A DNA stretch of 64,000 nt, taken from contig OZ296653.1 in NCBI GenBank assembly GCA_965655095.1, positions 93,558,001 through 93,622,000 of the forward strand, written 5' to 3'. The stretch comes from Haplodiscus bocki. Taxonomy: Eukaryota. Below, piece after piece: positions 35,710 through 50,060 of the stretch. Made by a program: the position numbers and the translations under genes. How positions within the stretch are numbered: position 1 is the stretch's first letter; each line of letters begins with the position of its first letter. The notes below the pieces were generated by a model. The model made no database searches, was not told the DNA's origin, and saw nothing but the letters and a program-made list of their open reading frames with translations.

Positions 35710-36990
35710 AGACTTTTTTGAAATATTCTTCCCAATAACGCCAAGTTGCCAACTGCAAGCGAAATTACTCGTTCTCTCAAGACATTGATTCAGAATTGTG
35801 TTCTAACGGAGAAGTAATGTCTTGCTCCACTCTCAAAGGTTCTCTAGCTAGTTGCGGGTAAGGGCCTTTTAAAGCAACGCTTTGCATTTAAGGTAAATAA
35901 ATCTCAAAAACATAATGGTCTTTAATGTTTAGAACAGAAATACAGATTTTGTCATATTGAAAGCTCAGTGCGTCCATTGCCGTAACCTAGAAGCAGCATT
36001 TAGCGGCAACATCAAAATCTGCGGTTAATTGATTTCCTCTGTGAACTCTAATCGGTTTGAATTTGAGTTTTTGTTACCTGAATGCAATTATCGTTAATGA
36101 TCCAGTGAAAGTTAGTTTTATAATTATTGCCAAAACAATTCAAATAACGAGAGCGTGCTTGTGTACGTGTTTTGTCTCCTTGGAATGATAAAAGTCTCTG
36201 CTGTAGTCCCCAAAAAGTTCTAAGCCACCAGAAAGTATGCAAGCATTACCACTCTTTTTTTGTGATAATCATCTTTGAGAGCACCATCCTGAGGGCAAAA
36301 TGGACAATTAACCATTCAAAGAATTCAGTTGGGGTTCTGACTAATCCTGGAAAAAATTGAGTCTGGCTCTGATAAACTGTAATCTAACTTCAGTTTCAAG
36401 ATAAAATAACTTAGACGTGTTGCAAAGCAGCCCTACGTTAACATTAATCAAGAAGCTATCGGGCCTACTAAGCAATTACATACTCTCCGTGACAAAACGA
36501 TCAAACCAGGCTGCTTCCACATTTTCATCTGTAGGTTCTTTTTAGTTACATACCTCGCAGTACAAATCTCACTTCTTTTCGAGAAAAACTGTGGAAATGT
36601 ACATTTTGAGTGCATACAGTCCTTCTGAAAAGTTATTTCGTCGCGTCTCGAGGTAATCCTCAATGTCGGAAAAAAGAGCTAAAATTTGTTTACACGGAAA
36701 ATAGGAACATCCTAAAGGACTTGCTCACTTTCCTTGTCCACTGTAGCTTCCCTTGCTTGTTCATTCTTGTTCATTGAGCTGTTTTTTTCACAAAAAAGTT
36801 TTTTCAGGCTTCATAACCACTACCTTTGAAAAATTTTTACTTCAAAACCAAGAATGACGGTCTTGAATAAAAGTAATACATCTGATTCGCTCGAAATTCA
36901 TTTTCTATGTTGATTTCATTGAGTAGCGTAACAGGACATGTTTCTTCCTTGCGTGTCGACAGTGGTTTGTTGAATACTGGAACATTGTTT
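35710..36990 (-). pseudogene. Major capsid protein remnant of the large Polinton
   Basis: N-terminal CPVTLLNEINIENEFRANQMYYFYSRPSFLVLK*KFFKG fits P..IEF..YxDL..LxxKxK. Also ALKDDYHKKR..LAY..AETFIIP. Confidence 0.5.
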
Positions 36991-37399
36991 TAATGGATTG
37001 CCTGAAACTGCCACAAAATACGGTACCGAACACTAATTTAAGTTGACATTGTTGAGGAGACACTTTCCCAAAACAAAGTCTGCACGCAACAGGCTTGCTT
37101 TTTCGACAGACCTTTCTGCAACAATCTCCTTCTTCCTACCACTAAAATTGAGTTAATGTTTGCGAGTTTGCATTTCCACACTCGTTGCAGCAGACTTGAA
37201 TCCTTTTCTACGACAAACAATCCTTGCTTTTTCTGGAGCAGTGAAATACAACAAATCAGCGCAAAAATGTTTTTCACCTGGTGCGCCAACTTCACGCGGA
37301 TAAAAAACTGCTGCACCAAATTTTTTTCCGAGCTGTCGCGCAAAACCATCGTAGTATGGAATCTCTATTCATCTTGAAGCAACCATCTTGTGACGTCTT

Positions 37400-38050
37400 T
37401 TTGTCAAAACGTGAAATAATGGAAAACGTTCCGAAACATATCAACAAGTCGACTGATGATGACAGAAAAAAATTGTATGCTTTCATCGCTGGTGTCTCTC
37501 AAGTCAATGTTGATACCAAGGAAGGTTTTTTTGAGCAGTTGTTTAAATTGTAGATTATATTATGTCTGATATTTCATGTACTAACCAATTGTTTTTTGAT
37601 CCCCAGCTTTCAGCAACAATCCAAATTCATTGGCAACTGGGCCTCCGGAAGTGAAACCCCAAATCAGTACTAAAATGGCAGGACCAAATTCTTCATTTGT
37701 AAAATAAATGTCAATCTGACGCCTTCTTGGATACATTTGGACTGTGATACAAAAATAGGTGTGATTGTGTCTCTTGAATGAGCGTGTTCATGCCTTCCGA
37801 AAATTCCAACAAAAAAAGTAAGTGACAGGTTCCGGATGGTGCAAAAACGATGATTTTGAACGTTTCGTGTGGAAAAACGTGAACTTCCTCTCTATATCAT
37901 TTTGGTGCATTGAGGGGTTGGGCGGAGTTTCAACCCACCATTGCGCCTTTAGAAACTGTTGCTCCGGAGAAAATTTTGTAAAGAGTTGAGTGCACTGTCT
38001 GAAACTAGCTCCGCAGATTCACTCTTATTCAACTTTGTTTCGACAACGTT
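37400..38050 (-). pseudogene. Minor capsid (penton) remnant of the large Polinton
   Basis: NSLQNFL near the start, and YNLQFKQLLKKTFLGINIDLRDTSDESIQF at the C-terminus (IxIDxRDxxGxxIPF pattern). Confidence 0.5.
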
Positions 38051-38059
38051 ATTGTTGAA

Positions 38060-38945
38060 TGGGTTTGACTCTCTTTTTAACATAAAATTTCATAAACATT
38101 GTCACCCTGCTTAATCCGTAATTGAGTATGTTGGTGTTGTTCTGGAAGTTGAAACAAACGGTTTCAGAAACTTCTCCCGTAAACGGTGACGAGTAACGCT
38201 TCCCGAATGGTAAGCAAAGCTTGCATTTGCGAATTCTATCTCCATTTTTCTAAAAAACGTTTATTGTAATCCAGTTGAGTTTCGCTGTGGAGAATCCACA
38301 GAACGTCGGAAGTTTTGACATCTTTCTTTCAGAATTTACTTTAGCAACACTATCAATTGTTGAAGCTTCTGACGAAAAGAGGCAAGTTGTGAATGCACTT
38401 GTATCAGTAGCGTTCCATATTTGGATAAAAAACGTTTTTTAATCATCGTTGCGTACTCTCAAGAAGTGAAGCCTCGATGTTGCCCATTGCAGAGTGAAGT
38501 TGTTTTTTTGGACACTAGCAAAAATTTCAAGTTCTCCAGCACTTTCTGTCTACATGGCCCCCGAGGTTTCCGTGGGTTGAGATTCTTTTTTCAACATGGT
38601 TGAGAGCGCTCTAACAGCTTCTTACGAAATTCTTGTCCTGACTCCCTATGCATCTTTTATTCCATCAAACAAGCCTTCACCAACTAGCAAAAACTTTGAA
38701 CCATGACTTTTTTCTGTCAGTTTATCAAAATAGAACAAATCCGCACACGAAGTTTTAATTTTGAACCTCGCAATAGCCTTCATTCTCGGCAGTTTCAGTT
38801 TGCAAACAAAGTTTGCTCACGATGTTTTTGAGTGTTAAAAATCTCTCACCTTTGAAACAGGCAGAAAGTCAGCCGATGAAGAATTAACCGCAAAACTGTG
38901 TGCAGCAGGACCTTTGGTGTACACTATTCGCAGCTTATGTCATTC
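38060..38945 (-). pseudogene. Integrase remnant of the large Polinton
   Basis: LRIVYTKGPAAHS..LPVSKVRDF*HSKTS..RMKAIARFKN at the N-terminus, and GDRIR..LPFGKRYSSPFTGEV (GDxVRIS..FxKGYxxxFxxE) at the C-terminus. Confidence 0.6.
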
Positions 38946-41434
38946 AGTTTTTGGAGGGGTCCAGGTTCCTCCCTTTTCAGATTTGTCATTCTCCGTCACA
39001 ACCAAAGTTTGAAGTCTTCCAGCGGCGTCAATTAAAAAAAAGTAAACGTCAAGAACACTTGCATTTTTTCAACTCCGTTGTTGAAAACAACCCTAAAAAA
39101 AATCCAGTTTCTATACCAGCCAACACCTAATTTCAGCAATTTTGAAACCGTCGTATGTAGACAAGACAAAACTTTGTTTTTTAAACAATCTCCTTTCGCA
39201 GAAAGAGACTTTATGTGGTATAAACAGACACCAAAAAGCAAAAAATTATTTCACAACTTTAATTGCTGCTAATTCCCGCAACAAAAATTTCTTTTGCTTC
39301 GTGCAAAACACAGAAAAGACTAGTCTTTTGACCGATACGGTAGCTTGTGAAAATCTTCATATCTTTGAATGTCATCGACTCAAGGACCTTTTGAACCTCA
39401 TGGTCATCCAGTCGTGGCCATCCAGGGTTTCCATCTCGTTCAACAACTAAATTACCAAGAATCATCACTTTTACGGATCGTTTTCAAAAGAAAATATCTT
39501 ATGAAGTTTTGCAGAATAAGGGTCCCAGCTCTCTTTATTCCATAAATCCAGCAATACGAAACGTTTGGTGCAAAATTTTTGTATGCCAGAGGGTTTTCAT
39601 GGTGGTATGCTAATTTTAAAGGACAAAAAATTTACCTTTGAACTTTTTCGTCTAAATAACTCCCAATTTTCTGAGAAAGAGTCAAATTTCAACTTTAGAA
39701 CCTATAATATTGCAGATAACGGTTTCAAAAGTAAGGAAAAATGAAAATGGAAGGTAAAAAGAGTTGTATGTAGAGACAAAACAATTCTATAGTCACGTTA
39801 CCAAAGAAGCATGAAGTTCTTCCCCGACTAGTCATGTAAGCATACCCGGGTCCCTGAACAATTTATGACTGAACTAATCAGCAACCTTGTGTAGTATTGA
39901 TTGCAGTGGAAAAATGTTTCAGAAGTAAAGAAAAAAGTCCTGATACGGGATTCAAGTACAGTATGATACATTCAAGTAATTCTCCACGCCGCAATACTGG
40001 GTTCATCTCACAGAAGAAAACTTTTAGTTCCTACAGTTTATGGCATTTAAAAATAAAATTTTTGCAGAAACTATTGTGTGCAAATGGCAATTTCAGTCTC
40101 GAATACTATCAAGGAATGCCAACTAGAAAAAAAGTTCCGGCAGGAGTATTTGTCAGTTTTGGACAAAGTTTTCATCCGGTCCAATGCACCGCCTGGGAAA
40201 TACGTCAGACTGACTCGATGGATTCACTCGTTTTGGTGACAATTTTTGGTGTTCTGGCAACTGTAGTTGGAACAAACTTTGCTCGAGCCAAAAATTGATG
40301 AAGTGATTGTTTTCTTCAAAGTCCATTTTTTATGTAACAATCTTCAAATTTTAAAAGTTTTTCCTCCTATCAATAATATTTGCCGAAATTAGGCTGAGAA
40401 TTTTGAGTTTGGTATCATTTTTTTCCTATTCGGTAATCACTGCGTTTCCATTACATTTAGTGTAAATGTTTCAGGAGAAGTTGGGAATTTGTTCGTAAAA
40501 CAAGATAAAAACCAACTTCTGTTCGTAGTCTGTGAAAGAAATTCAGATTTCCAGCACGTGCTGGCGCGAATAAAGAGACTATTAATTGAAATATGATCAA
40601 AGCATTTTCACATGGGATGTTACAATTGAATTGGTTAGTAATTTGTTTTAATCAGAAATCAATCAGTCAAGCATGAAAAGAAACCCTTTAGGTTTAAACT
40701 TTACATTGACACTTTGTCGAAACAATTCCTTCTTTCAGATAGCTGAACTTGAGCATTGGAACGTTCCCGCCTGTCATAATTTATCGCAGCAAATTCGCAA
40801 AAGTCTTTTTGATTGTTCGGTCTGCAAATTCAACCAATTTGTGAACAAGCTTGTGCCTTCTTTCATCTCTTGGGACATTGTTGTGATCTGTATGAGAGCA
40901 ATGTTTGGTGTGTGATAAGCTTTACTGCAGTAACAACCCTCTGATTCCTTATACACTTTAACTGCTACAAATTTTACTTTCCCACTTTGAAAATTTGTAC
41001 CAGGTGGAAGTGTCTGTTGTTGTCTCTCTTGAAGATTTCAAAGTCTACCTAAAAAAAGATCTATTTCGGACAAAGAAAGGCTCCAAACTGTCTTGATTCC
41101 TTCCAAAAGACCAAATAGTCAGTACAAAAGATTTTATCCAAAGGAGCAAAAGTGTTGGAAACCAGGGGATCACGTCGTTGAGTTATCACGCTGGCAGCTG
41201 AAAAAAAACCACTTCCTTCCGACATTGAAACTTGAATGCGATTTTGGACCTGCAAATTGTTGCTTATATAAGATTTTTTCCTAAATTAATAACTCTTTGT
41301 TACGTGATAATTCGACCTGAAGAAAATCTTACCTTCGTTGGCCATTGAAACGACTTGTTTCCATAAAAAGGGTTCACTCAATTTTTGGAACAATTTTACC
41401 AAATTTAGTCCTGCATTCTTTTCCAGTATCATTC

Positions 41435-41940
41435 GTAGCCTAAATTAAAGAGTCTACCAAACAAAACACATATATTACCCCATAAATTTCATATTTTTCC
41501 CTGTTCTTCCTCCATATTTTTACAAACTGTTCCTACTTTGCAATGATATGCATGAATTTAAACACGGTTTTGTGTATTCTGTTGAACACGAGGATGAAAT
41601 TGAGAGAATATGAAAGAAAATGAAAGAGAAACAAGGACCAATGAGAAGGTGAAGTAGTTATTATACGTGTTTTGGTGGTTACACCTAAGTTTTAGGCTAC
41701 AGATAGACAAAAAAGTGACCCAAAGGACAATAATTTTAGATTATCGATGTCAAAATATGGTAAAATATCAACAATCATCGATCAGGGGAAGGTACAATAT
41801 CAACTATAAATGTATGAATACTTTAATTTTTGACCGCCAAAGCAGTTTTTTCCCATTTTTCTTCTATTTCAGAAGGTAAATATTGTGCTTTCAAACCTGA
41901 AAAAAATTAATACTTCAGAGTTAAAATAAGATCCCACCAT
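41435..41940 (+). repeat. Left TIR of Polinton copy 2, including the terminal hairpin 41435-41700
   Basis: GTAGCCTAAA...TTTAGGCTAC palindrome plus ~240 bp of subterminal sequence matching 56345-56580 in inverted orientation. Confidence 0.85.
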
Positions 41941-41999
41941 GTTACCAAAAATCATATTTATTTATAAAAAACACAGTTTTTAAATGGCAAAACACAACC

Positions 42000-42580
42000 T
42001 AAATGATTCAAGAAATATTCATATTTCTTCATTCATTCAAAAAAGTTACTCTGAACCTTCTAAGAGAAACTAAGGCACTAATAAAACCTTAGTCACATAA
42101 ATTGATAAACTTTGGAGCTTAAAGTCAGTAGAAATGATAATGTATGTAAAAAAGACAATGAAAACTAAAGATAAATTTTGGTTGTGATTGATAATTTTAG
42201 CGAATAAGGTTGGGGAACAGCTTTTGAAATCTGCTCGAACTAAAGCAATTGAATTTTTTACTGAAAATATTAAATCTAATCATCAGCTAATTAGAATTGG
42301 AACAAAAGATGTCAAGGATAATGTAAATGAAAATTTCACCGAACCTCTGAAACTGCAAAAATAAAAAAGACGAAATAGATACACAAAAAAAGGAGCAATC
42401 TTTCCTGAAACATTTCTTAGATTAATAAAAGATCTACCTAAAAAACAAGTCTCTGGAAAAAAGGAGGCAAATTGGATTTAATACCAATACATATAAAGAA
42501 ACAATTGTAATCAACTTCTTCTCAATACAACATGACACCATCAGCATCATCCAATCCTATTGAAATAAGAGAAGGTTAAT
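42000..42580 (+). pseudogene. Integrase pseudogene (C-terminally truncated)
   Basis: YSEPSKRN*GTNKT..IDKLWSL..R*ILVVIDNFSE*GWG..KGAIFPETFLRLIKDL..EANWI. Homologous to 11310-12140. Confidence 0.7.
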
Positions 42581-43542
42581 TCAGTGGTAAATATAACCTC
42601 AAACAGGTTATTCCAAACTAATTGACATATTAATTTTACTTTTAGTTTAAAAAAGAGAGCTTGATGAAATCATGAACGTATCTTATGTAATTAACTTGCA
42701 TTGAATAAAAAAAGCACATTTTATCTAAAACCCATTCAATAAAAGATAATAAAGATGAAAAAAATTGTAATTTTTTCTTGATTTCTTTAATAATTATGTC
42801 AGTTAAGAGAACTGGCAAGACTACTCAAGAAATCGTAAAAGAAACATAGACTTCACATTACTAGCTAATCTTAGATGTCCTTCAAACTTTTTTTGTAATA
42901 AAAGTAAAAGGAGAAAGCTACTGAACTTTTTCAACAATAGAACACTATTTTTATTCTGATAAAATGTTGCTATAAGCAATATATTTTATTTTTGAAAAAG
43001 TTCTTTGAAGTGAAACAATGATATCAATCGAAAAAAAAAGAATATTTTTAAAGCTGTTTATACAAGAGACGTAGACGAAATTGTCATAGAAGTTTTTGTG
43101 CGAATTGCAATTGAGTTGGATGGGATACGAATGAACATAGTAATTTGAAGAGTCTTTGCATGGAATTTAACCAAGAAGAACAAAAAAACTTATTGTAGGT
43201 GTCTTGTAAAAATGTTGTTCAAAGAAAGACATAACTAACTTGAATTCACAAAAGAAAATGATATTATTCAAAAACTTCGAGAATTTTTTGGCAAATTTTT
43301 TGAAGTTGATAAAAATATTTATTGTGGTTGCTGTGATGTGTATACTGAGAAATAGAATTTCAACTTCATTGATCAACAGTAGACCACACATTCAATTAAA
43401 ATGGTGATATATCAAAACCTGCTGGTGCCATTGAATTTGAAGAGTTAGATAATAAGTTTTCCATCTTATATATGTTCGCAAAGGTTTACGTGGGAAACAA
43501 CATATAGTATCCCTTATTTGGAACAGAAATTTAATTTTATTA

Positions 43543-46500
43543 TTGGAGGTACAATCTGACAACACTAAGGCTTACGGGTCTTTTCGAAAAATCTTACATG
43601 AAGATGGTTCCCACGAACAGATCAAACCTGACAAACATTTCCTAATTAAGATAGAAATGATAAAACGTGATATCTGTGAAAACCTACTTACTACAACTCG
43701 GTATGAAGACCATCTAAATTCTGAAAAGCATACGAACAATGAACGAGAACAACCAGTCAAAATCAAAATGAATTGTAGGTTTTGTGAAAGAACACTTTCA
43801 GCACAAAATTGGGAAAACATTAAAACTCTGTAAAACATGGAAAAAAATCAAAATCGAGAATGTACAAACACAAAGGGTTAAAAGAAAGAGAACAAAAGGT
43901 TTTGCAATCTTCGTAAATTATGGAATTCTGAATCAACTAAAACTTATGAAGGCGAAGTAAAAAAAGCCCTTTACATTACCACCTTATTCGGATTTCAAAA
44001 CAAAACCAATACTAACTAAACTCATTTATTAAATACAAAAGTCACAATCATTAAAAAAACAACGATACAGTGTTTAACGCAAATATTTTTGAAAATTTTC
44101 TCGAATTTGTTTCTAGAAATCGCCTTGAATTGAATTGTAAGAAAATTTTTAGATACAATGTTTCCCTTTGAGCTGTCTTTGTGAAAAAAGATTTTAAAAA
44201 ATCTTCCACAAATAAAACTTAAAAAGAAAAAGAAATTACAAACACTGTTACAGAATCAAAATTACAATCAAAAAATCGAAAGGCTGAACTCGGAGGATCA
44301 GATTGGAGTTTTATTAGGTTTATATCAAAGAGTTTGAATTTATTTAGAGGAAAAGTATCAAAACGATATTGCATTAAAAAATGAGTAATAAAAACTCAAG
44401 TGATAGTAAATATCAAAAACAATGTTAATTTCTTTGGAATTAATAGCTTCTTGGTTTTTTTGCATCCCCCAAGAGATAATCCAAACAGAGTGAGAAACTA
44501 TACAAACAATCTCCATGAAATCAAAACATATGAATTGGTCTCACCGATAAAATGAAAGTTGGTGACCTTGGACAACTAGAGAAACCGAAAAATGTAAACA
44601 TAGATACAATTGAATTAAACAAAGACGAAACTCTAACACAACATTACTTATCAAAAAACAAAAACAAGGACATAAACAAAGACATTGCTGAGGGTAAATT
44701 CCAGGACACCGATGAAGAAAAACATAAAACTATTAATGAGAAACTTTCTATTTTCGAAAACGAGTATGAAAAACATATTTAAGGCTCAAAAAGTCGGTTG
44801 ATTAACGTTTATATCAAGATGATTATTACTTCATCAAATAAATACATGTAGTTTTCCAAAATGATTAACACAATTGGAAGACATTCTTTTTATGTAGAAA
44901 TTGTTTCAATTCTTTTAGAGCAGTATAGGTTTTCTTAAAACAAAAAATTGGATGTCAAAGAAGAGAGCCCTGTATTATGACGTTCCTCAGAGAGGAAGCT
45001 TGTAAATATCAAAGTTACCTTCAGAAAAAATCGTTTTGTATTGGAGTTTATTGTGATGGTGAAAGTAGATATGAACATATTGCTGAAAACAAAGGTGCAA
45101 ATACTTGAAAATAATATCATCGAAAACCAGTCGCCTCTGCATTCTATATAGATTCAGTAGCGGAATGAAATCTTCCATCTGGTTCTTATCACTACTTTGG
45201 AGAAGTTTGTAGAGAGTGGTTTTTGAAAGAAAAGCAAGACCTAGAACGTTTGAAAACTACGAGTTTTTCTAACGAAACAAAGGAACAAGTAACCTTGGTG
45301 AACAGATCGAAAAAATTTCAATCAAGCAAAAAAAATGTTAGCTTTGCGATAAAAAAGTTACACCAAGTGAAAAATAGGTAAAAGATCATTGTTTATCTAA
45401 CAAGAAATAACAGAGGAACAGCATATCAATTTTGTATCTTGAATGTTGAAGAAGTTGAATCTTCATTTTTACCTGTGTTTTCAATTTCTCTGATCCTTAT
45501 TCGTTTTAAAAAACATTGATTAGCAACTCACCATCTATATGAAGTGTGAGCCATTGCGTACTACTATTGAAAACTTTATTTCAGTAATTCGTTGGTTTCT
45601 AAGGTTTTGAAGACCCATGTGGATTTTCATGGACTAACTTATATGAAGTGCCCGGTGAATTGAACAAACATGCTATCAAATGAACAAAAAAAGAATTTCG
45701 TAACATTCACAATCCTATTTTTAGAATTTTAGTTGACCCTTTTGAGCATTTTATTGAAAAAATTAAGGTAGACCGAATAGCGAAATTTAGAAAGGAGAAT
45801 ATTACTCAAACCTAAACGGAAAAAGTCAGATGATGAAGAAAAAGAGAGAACAAGTAAAGTAAAAGAAAAAATGAATCTCAGAACTGGCAGAGATCTAACT
45901 TTAGCTTATGATCACTCTGATGTTTCGTTGTTAGCTGATTTTTTTGAAATGGAATTTGGTATAATGAAGGTAAAAAAAACCAATGTTGTTTTGTATCGTT
46001 ACCAGGTTTTACTTGAGATTGTGGCTCATAATACACAAAAATAGAAAAAGAAAACATCCAAGAAGCATATTTTTGGGAAAACCATATTAAAGATGGAATA
46101 TCTGGATATATGGGAAAAAGATATGGTAATTCTGTAATTGACAAAAAGAAACTTGAAATCGATTCGAATAACCTTTACAGACCTGGAATGTAACAAATTC
46201 TAGCTTACGCAGAAATAAACTTTGATAAAACGGTAAGCTCAAAAAATACTACCAATAGCAGATAACTCAGATACCGGATACTTATTAAGAAGTGTTTGAA
46301 AAACATATAGAAAAGTTGAAAAACTATCTTTGAACTTTCCATTTCGTCCTAGGATTGAAAAACACCATTGTTTGAATACACTGATTGTATGAAAAATACA
46401 AAACTCAAACATTACCATCCAAATAAGAAAATAATTTGTGATTCTTCAATACTAGAGAAATTTCTTATTGGACAACCATGAAGATGATCAAAAGAATCAG

Positions 46501-49190
46501 TATTTAAATAAAAATAGCTTTGAATTTGAATGTGGCAAAAATATTGATGAATGTAAAAAGACAATTGATTATTGTTTTCATCGAGATCATTATTTTTTAA
46601 TCGGAAAATACTTGTCTCTTATGGAAATGATAAACACCAATACAAAACACTTTTTTTGTGTACAAAATTCATGAATAGTTTTACAACAGTGCAAGTTTTA
46701 ATCAAACATGATAAAGTATATCCAAAAATGAACCTCTTGATATGAAAATTACTAAGAAAAACCTTATGAGCATAGAAATCACTTTCGAAAATTTTGCATT
46801 CTTTTTTTTTTACTGTGTTTTGATGGTGAAGGTAGATGTGAACATAAAACTGAAAACAAAAGTCCAAAGACTGAACATTTATACCGCCAAAACTAGTTTC
46901 GTCCAAATACTGTGAAAAGTTAGATTTATAAAATGTTTTGCCACATGGATTTTATCATTACGGTGGAACCGAATGGGGATAATAGTTTTTAAGGGAAATG
47001 CGAAAGTTATAAAGTAGAAAAAATCACTTTTTAACGACACAAATACAGAACTAACATTAATGAAAGAGCAGAAAATAAATACAATAGGGCAAAAAAATAT
47101 GGGCTATTTGAAGCAAATTTTCAAATTAGATGGTGGCTGAGAGAGTCATGTTTGCTCAACGACCGCTGATATGAATCTAGAGATCATTGTCCTTTAACAC
47201 GGAAAAATAGAGGAGCAGCACATCACTCATGATACTTAATTGTCGAAAAATTCTATATTCAGTTGTTCTTGTTCTTTTCAAAAACTTTAGTAAGTATGGT
47301 TTTCAATTATTTATCAAAACTTTAATCACTAATTGTCCACGATGCATAAGTTGTGAGCCGTTACCTACTAACGTTCAAAATTTTATTTCATTAAATCATG
47401 CATGTTTAGGATGTTTAGATTCATATAGATTTGAAAAAGGTAGTACAGATATATTAGGAAGCTTAATAAAGAGAGATGCTTCAAAATCGGCATAAAGAAT
47501 TGGTAAAAACCACAATGTCTAAACCAAAAAGCTGGCCTATCCTTTTGAATAATTTCTTGAAACACAAAATTATGACAGACCAGTAAACTAAACTTTAGGA
47601 AAAGAATTTTATTCAAGTTTAGATGAAAAAATACCACACTTTGAACAATAAAAACGGACAAACAAAACGAAAGAAAAACTAAGTCTCAAGACTATCAAAG
47701 AACTAAACTTCATTTGTAATACACCTGTGGTTTCGTTGTTGGCCGATACTTTCGGAAGTTCTCCCGAAAATTTTTGTTAAGAAGTTGGAAATAACCCAGA
47801 ATACATTGTAACTTTACCTAAATTTTCTTGGGATGCCGGTCTAAAAAAAAACAAAAGAGTGGAAGTAGAAAACATTCAAGAAACAGAATTACTTGTGATT
47901 TTTGAGAATGCCATAACAAGATGAATGTCTGGATGCATGGGAAAAACGAACGCAGTGTCTGTGAATGGTTAAAAAAAACTTGATGAAGACCCTACAACTT
48001 TTAGGGACCTGGTTTGTCACAACCTTTACTTCATGCAGAGATTCAATTTGACAAAACAGTAAACATAAAGGAATACTATCAGCATCAGATATTTTTGATA
48101 ATGGTTATGTATTGGAAGTTGACTTGAAAAAAAAACAAATAAAAGCAAAAAATTGTCTATGAACTATCCATTTGCTCCAGTCGTTTAAAAAAAACCAATA
48201 ACTGAACACACTGACTATATGAAGAACAAATAACCTAAAAAAAACCCAACAAAAAAATACTTTGCGACGTTTCAAAAAACGAAATTGTTTTAATACATTA
48301 AACTGAAAGAATTTCTAATTTCTCAAAGAATGCCGCGTATAAAAGTACACATGAAAATAAGCGTCAAAGAAAACAAAGATTAAAAAATTTATCTCCGAAA
48401 AAAAAGTATCGATGGACAACGATATGTTAAAGGAAATTTATAAATTATTAGATAATGCATTTTACAACATTTATGGCGAAGTTATGGAAAATCCATGTAA
48501 CAGGATAAAATCAAGCCTGTAAAAGCTGATGTTACTGAAAAATTGTATAAACGATGACTAAATTGGAATTTACAGGATTTATATATTTTGTCAATTTTGA
48601 TTGTCTTGATTTGAATCAAACAGCAACTCAGAAAAAAAATTTATGTAGGACTTTGTTTAATAGAGGTTTCTAAATAACAGATGCTTGAAACGTATTACAT
48701 TACCAAAAAAACATCTTGATTACTCAGATTTATATTATAAAGATTGCGACTAGTTCATTTCTAGGTTCCTAACAAATAACCAAAAGACTTTATCAAACAC
48801 TTATAAACCCAAAAAATGTCGTTTTTGTAACCTAGATGAGAAGCAAGAAAATTTTGTGAACGTGATCAAAACGATATTTGTTATTTTAATCCAAAAAACC
48901 TAAATTTTTTGCATAGACAAACTATGTATATTAGTAGTAAAGTTGTATTCATTTGTATGAGCAAAGGACAATGAAGACAAAGAAACTGAAGGAAACGAAG
49001 AAGCTTCTAAAGATGAAAATAAATTGAAAAAACTATTCGTTTAATGGAAAAAGGTGAATATCGAAAATTGTTGATTTTTACTTCATTAGAAATAAGACCA
49101 CGAAATGTATTCGGGAAAGTTTAAAAAACTAGTACTGAACTCATTTGATGACAAACAGGCATACATAAACATTCTTGAATATTTTCCGTG
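43543..49190 (+). pseudogene. pPolB pseudogene region with an internal ~1.8-kb diverged duplication
   Basis: The Zn-finger N-terminus (43543-43833) is homologous to 9661-9846. The RDHC/LPGF-W/GISG/NNLY region occurs twice (~45440-46200 and ~47180-48030). Also KLLDNAFY..YG near 48440 and SFDDK near 49140. Confidence 0.8.
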
Positions 49191-49334
49191 GACGCAGATA
49201 CGTTTGTATTCGTCTTTTTAGATGCATTGGTAGTCATTTTTTACTTGAATATATTTTCTTCTTTTCAAAAGAACATATTTGGTTTTTAAATTATATCGAT
49301 TTGTCTTTCTTTGGCGCTATTAACTGATTGTGCT

Positions 49335-49534
49335 NNNNNNNNNNNNNNNNNNNNNNNNNNNNNNNNNNNNNNNNNNNNNNNNNNNNNNNNNNNNNNNNNN
49401 NNNNNNNNNNNNNNNNNNNNNNNNNNNNNNNNNNNNNNNNNNNNNNNNNNNNNNNNNNNNNNNNNNNNNNNNNNNNNNNNNNNNNNNNNNNNNNNNNNNN
49501 NNNNNNNNNNNNNNNNNNNNNNNNNNNNNNNNNN
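49335..49534. other. Assembly gap (200 N)
   Basis: Run of N. Confidence 0.99.
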
Positions 49535-49539
49535 TGGTC

Positions 49540-50060
49540 CTTTTCCGTTACAATCATACTTTTCTGCCTCCACTTTTCTTTTTGGATCTAACGAAAAATA
49601 TAAAAAGAACTACATTTTGCCATGCTTTTTTACAAAGTTTTTCATTTTGATCATAACCAACATCAAATCCGACAATGTCTTTGTAAAAGTTTCCAAAAGT
49701 TTCAAAGTTTGTTTTATTAAAGTAAATATGTTTCTCCTGTCTCCTTTTGCTTTTTTTCTAAAAACCGAAACATGGTTGAGAAAACTGGTAGACGCCTACA
49801 TTTTTAAGTCTTGACGTTGCGAAGAACGGATCGGTCTTTTTCGGGTTATAATCTAACATATCGTCGAAAACTACAACATCACCTCCTTTTTCATTTTTTT
49901 CTTTGATTTCTTCGTCAATATTAAATTCATCAAAATACTGTTGGGCTGATCGATTTATACAATAGTCTTTTTCAAGAATGTTTGTCAGTTTTTTCATAGT
50001 AAAATAAATGTTACCAGAAGAAGCAGGGCCAACAACTGAAGTTTTCCCAATAAATGTTTT
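49540..50060 (-). pseudogene. A32-like packaging ATPase pseudogene
   Basis: VGPASSGN (Walker A), then ORF 49758-49997 with GDVVVFDDML (Walker B) and FFATSRLKNVGVYQFSQPCF. Confidence 0.75.

Larger units (their letters stand above)
12700..41434. mobile_element. Heavily decayed remnant of a larger Polinton/Maverick lineage, interrupted by the Gypsy element (boundaries approximate)
   Basis: Minus-strand integrase, penton, MCP and cysteine protease remnants at 35370-38945. An ORF broken by the Gypsy insertion rejoins across the TSD. Sequence outside 35-39 kb is assigned only by continuity and composition. Confidence 0.5.

Noticed and set aside
39540-41400. Possible ATPase and pPolB C-terminus of the large Polinton on the minus strand (SLFAPARAGN; CYCSKAY)
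   Set aside because: Positionally plausible, but the motifs are too decayed to call without a profile search.
49286-49814. ORFs spanning the N run
   Set aside because: Artefacts of translating the gap.
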